From: Bacteroidia bacterium
Lineage (GTDB): Bacteria > Bacteroidota > Bacteroidia > AKYH767-A > OLB10
Assembly: GCA_016788165.1 (NCBI GenBank)
Contig: JAEUTH010000021.1
Span: 153,046-217,045 of the forward strand
Length of the DNA stretch: 64,000 nt
Reading direction: 5' to 3'
In this document: piece after piece, positions 58,849 through 64,000 of the stretch
Numbering within the stretch: position 1 is the first letter of the stretch
Layout of the letters: each line of letters begins with the position of its first letter
Made by a program: the position numbers and the translations under genes
Notes under the pieces: model-generated
The model's input: only the letters and a program-made list of their open reading frames with translations
Database searches by the model: none
Told to the model about the DNA's origin: nothing

Positions 58849-59439
58849 TTACTTTACATTTGCCCAGCATAACCCACGTGCTATACGTGAAATTTGCATT
58901 TCGCTTACTCCAAAGTTTTCGGCAATTTTAAATTGCAAGTTGCCGGCTTTTAATTGTTTTTTAATTTTTGAAACCTGTTCGCGGTTAAGTTTGGCGGATA
59001 CTGTACCCATACGTGCAGCATATTGTTTATTTCTTTCAGCGGTGCGGTTAACAACGGTTGCAGGCAGGCTCCATTCTAAATTGCTTGCTTTGTTATCTAA
59101 TTTATTCCAATTGTTGTGTATCACAATACTTGCTTTTGGGCTTTTGCGTTTTACAAAATGTTCGGCAACTAAGGTGTGTACATAACGCATTTTTCGTTCA
59201 TTATTAAATACAATATCTACAGCCAAATAACCATTAACTGTTTTGCCTTTTACCAGTTTGCCATTTTCTTTATCGAAGTAAAAACCTATTAAACGCCCCA
59301 TATTGCTAATTAAGTATTTGCGATCGCTGTTTTTTAAAGGTTTCCATACTTCGTTTTTTAAAGAAGTAACCGGTTTCGATTTTGCCTTGTTATTTGTTAA
59401 GACAGGCTTTACAGCTTTACTTACTTTTTTTGTTGCCAT
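58849..59439 (-). CDS. NUMOD4 / HNH_3 homing-endonuclease-like protein
   Basis: 196 aa. EVWKPL...SNMGRL...NGYL...HTLVAEHF...HNNWNKLDNKASNLEW matches the NUMOD4 + HNH_3 pattern of phage free-standing HNH endonucleases. C-terminal HTH-like segment. Confidence 0.7.
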   Translation of the reverse strand: MATKKVSKAVKPVLTNNKAKSKPVTSLKNEVWKPLKNSDRKYLISNMGRLIGFYFDKENGKLVKGKTVNGYLAVDIVFNNERKMRYVHTLVAEHFVKRKSPKASIVIHNNWNKLDNKASNLEWSLPATVVNRTAERNKQYAARMGTVSAKLNREQVSKIKKQLKAGNLQFKIAENFGVSEMQISRIARGLCWANVK

Positions 59440-59507
59440 ATATGCTAAAATTTAGGTTGTAACGTATGTTGTAAACGTAGTAATTAATAATTTATCTGCA
59501 ACATCAG

Positions 59508-60836
59508 TTATCTTTTTACCGGCATATTGCGCATCATGTTTTTCATATTACTGCCGCTCATCATCTTCATCATCTTGCGCATATCTTCAAATTGTTTAAT
59601 TAATTTATTTACCTCTTGTATATTAGTACCACTGCCATCGGCAATGCGTTTTCTTCGGCTGCCGTTTAATAACGATGGGTCTATACGTTCGGCAGGAGTC
59701 ATAGATTTTATTATGGCCTCTATACCATCAAACGATTTATTGTTAATGTCAATATCTTTTACAGCCTTACCAATGCCGGGTATCATGCCAATTAAATCTT
59801 TCATATTTCCCATTTTTTTAATTTGCTGCAACTGACTTAAAAAGTCGTTGAAGTTAAACTGGTTCTTTTGGATTTTACGTTGCAGTTCGGCTGCTTCTTT
59901 TTCGTCAAACTGCTCTTGTGCCCGTTCTACTAATGAAACGATATCGCCCATACCCAATATCCTGTCGGCCATACGGTTTGGGTAAAAAACATCCAAAGCG
60001 TCTAATTTTTCGCCTGTACCTACAAATTTAATAGGCTTGTCAACTACAGCTTTAATACTTATAGCTGCGCCTCCGCGTGTATCGCCATCCAATTTTGTAA
60101 GTACTACACCATCAAAGTTTAGTTTGTCGTTAAATGCTTTGGCAGTATTAACAGCATCCTGCCCGGTCATGGCATCTACTACAAATAATATTTCATGTGG
60201 GTTTATTGCATTTTTTATTGCCGCAATTTCATCCATCATTTCATCGTCAATTGCTAAACGACCTGCTGTATCAATAATTACAACTTGTTTGTTTAATTCT
60301 TTGGCTTTGGCTATGGCACGCTGCGCAATTTGAACCGGATTTTTATTTTCAACTTCGGCATAAACATCCACGCCAATTTGATTTCCTAAAACCGTAAGCT
60401 GGTCAATAGCAGCGGGGCGGTAAACATCACAAGCAGCCAGTAATACTTGCTTTTGTTTTTTGGTTTTTAGGTAGTTGGCCAATTTACCCGATAGTGTGGT
60501 TTTGCCCGAACCTTGCAAACCCGACATAAGTATAATGGTTGGGTTATTTTTAAGGTTTAGTTCGGTATGCGTACCACCCATAAGTTCGGTTAACTCATCG
60601 TGTACAATTTTTACCATCAGTTGCGATGGCGACACTGCCAACATCACATTTTTACCAATTGCTTTTTCTTTAACCTTATCGGTAAAGTTTTTGGCTACTT
60701 TGTAATTAACATCAGCATCTAAAAGTGCTTTACGAACTTCCTTAACGGTTTCGGCAACATTAATTTCAGTTATTTTTCCACTGCCTTTTAAAACTTTAAA
60801 AGCCCGGTCGAGTTTGTCGGATAAATTTTCAAACAT
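59508..60836 (-). CDS. ffh: signal recognition particle protein Ffh
   Basis: 442 aa with an N domain, a G domain (GLQGSGKTT, DTAGR, TKLDG) and a Met-rich M domain. Confidence 0.95.
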   Translation of the reverse strand: MFENLSDKLDRAFKVLKGSGKITEINVAETVKEVRKALLDADVNYKVAKNFTDKVKEKAIGKNVMLAVSPSQLMVKIVHDELTELMGGTHTELNLKNNPTIILMSGLQGSGKTTLSGKLANYLKTKKQKQVLLAACDVYRPAAIDQLTVLGNQIGVDVYAEVENKNPVQIAQRAIAKAKELNKQVVIIDTAGRLAIDDEMMDEIAAIKNAINPHEILFVVDAMTGQDAVNTAKAFNDKLNFDGVVLTKLDGDTRGGAAISIKAVVDKPIKFVGTGEKLDALDVFYPNRMADRILGMGDIVSLVERAQEQFDEKEAAELQRKIQKNQFNFNDFLSQLQQIKKMGNMKDLIGMIPGIGKAVKDIDINNKSFDGIEAIIKSMTPAERIDPSLLNGSRRKRIADGSGTNIQEVNKLIKQFEDMRKMMKMMSGSNMKNMMRNMPVKR

Positions 60837-61353
60837 TTCTTTAGTAATCTGTTATAATGCATTAAAGTATGCATGTTTTTTTAAGGGCGGTAAAAGTAAA
60901 TTTATTTTAATAGGGAGGCTGCTGCTACTTGGTTTCGCTTTTAAAATTTGTTTGTTAGTCACAAATTGTGTTGTTAAAAGGTGTGAAATTTGGGTAATGC
61001 TATCACATCTATAACACCTCGGAGCTCGCAGCACAAAATTTTACCTATTCCTATTTTGGCGATGAGCCGTTCCGCGTTCGTAATTTCGAAGGATTTGCAC
61101 CATCTTTTGTTGTGGCTAATAACTGCTATGCAGGAATTACTTTTTGTATTCCGTTTTTAAATTACATTTTCAAAGTCATTCCATTTTCGCATGAGGTAAC
61201 TTATGGCCAACATACTTTTTGCAAAGCCATGAATAAAATTGCGCTGCAATTAAACCATATATAAAACGACAATTTACTATTTACAATAAACTGCTTGAAG
61301 TGTATATTGTAAGCTTAAGCATTACATAAATACATAATGCCAAAATCAATTGT

Positions 61354-62190
61354 TTATCTACTTAGCACAAAATATTTTGCGGTTACCAAATTTTTTGTTT
61401 TTACAGTACATACAAAGGTGCCTGAAGCCAAATCATTAAGGCTAAGGGTAAGCTGGTTAACACCTGAATTTACCTGCATGTTTTTTTCAAGAATTAAAAT
61501 ACCGGCTGTATTGTAGATAGCAATTGAACTTGTGCCTGCCGTTAAAGCTGTGTATGTAATGTTTAATTTATCAGTTACAATATTGGGATTTATATCGAGA
61601 CTATAGCTACTTTTTACATCGTTTATACCAGGGGTTATCAAAAGTTCAACATCGTCAATGTTGGCATTTGAGCCAATGGTTGTTGATCCAAGCGGATTGG
61701 TAATTAAAAAAGTTAAAGCTATCGAATCGGCAGTGGTAATGCCTCCAATATTAGTTATGGGTAACAATGCCTGCGTATATGCACCGGCTGAGTTGAGCGA
61801 AACACTACCAACACCTATAATGGATCCGCCTCCACCATAAACATAAGCAGCAGCAACAAGCTGATCGCCTGTGTTCAGACTTGCTTTATACCAAAAACCA
61901 ACACTTGCCGGTATATATGAAATGGGTACTGCAAAGCTATTGCCGTTACCCGTTAGTAACGATGTAGGTATGGGGTTGCCACCTAAGTTGGCTACATTTA
62001 ATTTGGCACTATAATTACCTGTATGCGCATCGCTGCTTTGCTCAAGCAAAACATAGCCGGGTATAAGCGATGAGTACCAGCCGTTAGGTAAACCGGCTGT
62101 CCAGGTTTCGAAACTATTATTGGGTAGCTGGGCAAATGCATTTGTCGAACTAAACAAAGCAGTAAATAAAATGAGTAGGTTTTTTTTCAT
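61354..62190 (-). CDS. secreted protein with T9SS C-terminal sorting domain
   Basis: 278 aa with signal peptide MKKNLLILFTALFSSTNAFAQ, a Gly/Ser/Thr-rich beta region, and a C-terminal Por_Secre_tail-like roughly 70 aa. Confidence 0.6.
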   Translation of the reverse strand: MKKNLLILFTALFSSTNAFAQLPNNSFETWTAGLPNGWYSSLIPGYVLLEQSSDAHTGNYSAKLNVANLGGNPIPTSLLTGNGNSFAVPISYIPASVGFWYKASLNTGDQLVAAAYVYGGGGSIIGVGSVSLNSAGAYTQALLPITNIGGITTADSIALTFLITNPLGSTTIGSNANIDDVELLITPGINDVKSSYSLDINPNIVTDKLNITYTALTAGTSSIAIYNTAGILILEKNMQVNSGVNQLTLSLNDLASGTFVCTVKTKNLVTAKYFVLSR

Positions 62191-62607
62191 GATTAAGGTT
62201 TTTAAAGTTTAAAAAGTTGTTATCCTAAAAGTAGAAATAAATATCCATTTTAAAATGCAAGTAGTGCAAACTTTACATTGAATTTTATTTGTATGTGATG
62301 TATTTAATTAAAAATGGGAGTTATACTACCAAAGTAGTATTATTTAAAGTTGCATGTATGTTGAGTTTTGCATGATTCAAACTTAAATAACCATTACGTG
62401 TAATTGTAAAATATAATCCTTTTACGGCAAATTAAAAAGATGTTTTTGCTTAATAAATTGAAGTATCACAATGATTTATAATTCTGCATTGCATTTGCAA
62501 ATTGAATAATTAGTAATATTAAAATTTGTAGATAATAAAATTGGAATTACCCGCACTCATTTTACCGAAAGCAGTTCGGGTTGAACTTTAAAAGCAAAGT
62601 CCTTTGT

Positions 62608-64000
62608 ATGATTAAAAATAAGTGCAACTTCATTTTTGGTTTGTTCTTCATGCTTCAATTAAATTTGAATGCAAAGCCAAATCATCTCAATGATTCTATA
62701 AAATCAATTAGCAAAAACATAAGCGACTCAACTTATATTACTTTATCTGATAAAATAACATCTGACTTTTTAAATAATAATCAACCGGAACAAGCACTCC
62801 GCTTTATCGAAGATCAGCTTAAGCAATTTAACCATACATCTAAACGATGCCATCAACTTTTAAAGTTGCAAGCCAAAGTTAATTATCGAATTAAAAATTA
62901 TACGATGGCAAATGCACTGGCCGATAGCTTGCTAAAATTAAAGCCTGATACATTTCAAATTATTGATGCATACAGGATTAAAGGCCAAGTTTGTTTCAGG
63001 GTTGATGACTATTTAAATGCAATCGAAAATTTTTTAAAAGCACGCAACCTTATTTTAAAAAGCAGCAATAAAAACGGTTTAGATGATGTGTTGGGTAATC
63101 TGGCAAGTTGCTATCAAACCATTGGTTTGTTACCCACAGCCTTAACATTTGCACAAGAAGCACTTGCAATTTCGCGGCAGGCTAACGATACAGCAAGCAT
63201 GTGTAATGCCTATTTGAATTTGGGAAATATTAATAAGGATATTGTTGAATGGGATGAGGCGGAAATAAATTATTTGGCCGGTTTAGCATTAGCAAAACAA
63301 TTTACTGATAAACAAGTGCTCGTATATTTATATTCAGCATTGGGAACCATCGAGCGTACAAAAGGTAACACCACTACAGCTTTGCAATATCAATTAAATG
63401 CATTAAGCGAGGCACAATTTATTAGCAACAACCATCTTATTGCAGGCGTATTAAACAATATAGCCAACACATTATTAGATGCCGGCAAAACAGCCGAAGC
63501 CAAAGCTTATTTTGTTAAAGCAAATAGCTTAGCAAAAGAAACAGCCGACAACAGAAACTTGGCTCTTACCAATATCAGTTTGGGTTTTTTGGCTACTGAA
63601 GAAAAGCATTTTGAGTTATCAAACAATTACCTGTTAGATGCATTGACCTATAGTAAACAAATTAATAATTTGGAATACATAAGTCAGGCAATGATTGGTA
63701 TGTACGACAATTATAAAGCAATGAACAAGCCTGCACAAGCTTTGTACTATTACGAAATGTATAATGTTTATCACGACAGTATTTTAAATGAACAGAATAA
63801 AAACAAGATTAATAAGCTTAAAATAAAATTTGAAGTAGCAGAAAAAGAAAAAGAATTTTTGCAAAAAAGTGCCAGTCAAAAAGTCAAGGCCGATACTGAA
63901 ATAGAGCGACAAAAAATAATACGAAACTTTTCAGTGGTTATAGGAATGTTATTACTGTTTATTACCATTTTTATTTGGATGCGATACCTTGAACGAACCA
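62608..64000 (+). CDS. TPR-repeat sensor protein, 5' portion (probable sensor kinase or transcriptional regulator)
   Basis: Translated by hand. Signal peptide MIKNKCNFIFGLFF, at least 6 TPR-like repeats, a coiled-coil, then a TM helix (VVIGMLLLFITIFIW) at the window edge. No stop within the window, so it is absent from the ORF track. Confidence 0.5.
   Translation, partial: MIKNKCNFIFGLFFMLQLNLNAKPNHLNDSIKSISKNISDSTYITLSDKITSDFLNNNQPEQALRFIEDQLKQFNHTSKRCHQLLKLQAKVNYRIKNYTMANALADSLLKLKPDTFQIIDAYRIKGQVCFRVDDYLNAIENFLKARNLILKSSNKNGLDDVLGNLASCYQTIGLLPTALTFAQEALAISRQANDTASMCNAYLNLGNINKDIVEWDEAEINYLAGLALAKQFTDKQVLVYLYSALGTIERTKGNTTTALQYQLNALSEAQFISNNHLIAGVLNNIANTLLDAGKTAEAKAYFVKANSLAKETADNRNLALTNISLGFLATEEKHFELSNNYLLDALTYSKQINNLEYISQAMIGMYDNYKAMNKPAQALYYYEMYNVYHDSILNEQNKNKINKLKIKFEVAEKEKEFLQKSASQKVKADTEIERQKIIRNFSVVIGMLLLFITIFIWMRYLERT

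Noticed and set aside
60837-61353. 517-nt intergenic region after ffh, examined for SRP RNA (ffs) or other structured ncRNA
   Set aside because: No conserved SRP domain IV motif (GGAAG…AGCAG) or other recognisable RNA signature was seen, and the small ORFs here (60814-61014 + strand, 60852-61034 - strand) have no support. Left unannotated; a covariance-model scan would be needed to settle it.

Overview
This is a 64-kb chromosomal segment from a low-GC (roughly 38-40% by eye) member of the Bacteroidota, probably Sphingobacteriia or Chitinophagia. The assignment rests on a SusC/SusD pair, type IX secretion (T9SS) C-terminal sorting domains, a GWxTD-like protein, tandem rhomboid proteases and a TTG/TAnnTTTG promoter architecture. 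Gene density is high and the sequence shows no rRNA, no CRISPR array and no obvious integrated prophage. Several blocks can be distinguished. (1) Housekeeping genes: lon, an acyl-CoA dehydrogenase, glmM, a cysteine desulfurase, tsaC, xerD divergent from aroQ, tgt, mnmA and ffh. (2) A cell-surface polysaccharide locus at 13.5-24.7 kb. It contains a WecA-like initiating transferase, RmlC, an FdtA/FdtC-like pair translationally coupled to an ArnC/GtrB-like GT2 and a large polytopic GT-C-like membrane protein, an acyltransferase-3, a Wza exporter, a GT4, and a Wzc tyrosine autokinase whose C-terminus is an unusually long (GY)n repeat. (3) A polysaccharide-utilization locus (PUL)-like operon at 34.3-44.3 kb: SusC-SusD-GH13 fused in one strand with a periplasmic-binding-protein ABC sugar importer. 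(4) A giant 2,819-aa T9SS-secreted protein at 44.6-53.1 kb built from 11 tandem [proprotein-convertase P-domain + PKD] modules with no catalytic domain. (5) Smaller items: one tRNA-Ser, a free-standing phage-type NUMOD4/HNH homing-endonuclease gene wedged between ffh and a vWA membrane protein, two tandem rhomboid proteases, a translationally coupled EEP/DUF4159-like pair, and a TPR sensor protein running off the 3' edge. The candidates I rate most likely to be genuinely under-described are the Fdt-GT2-GT-C periplasmic glycosylation module, the (GY)n-tailed Wzc, the catalytic-domain-free P-domain/PKD giant, and the SusCD-ABC hybrid.
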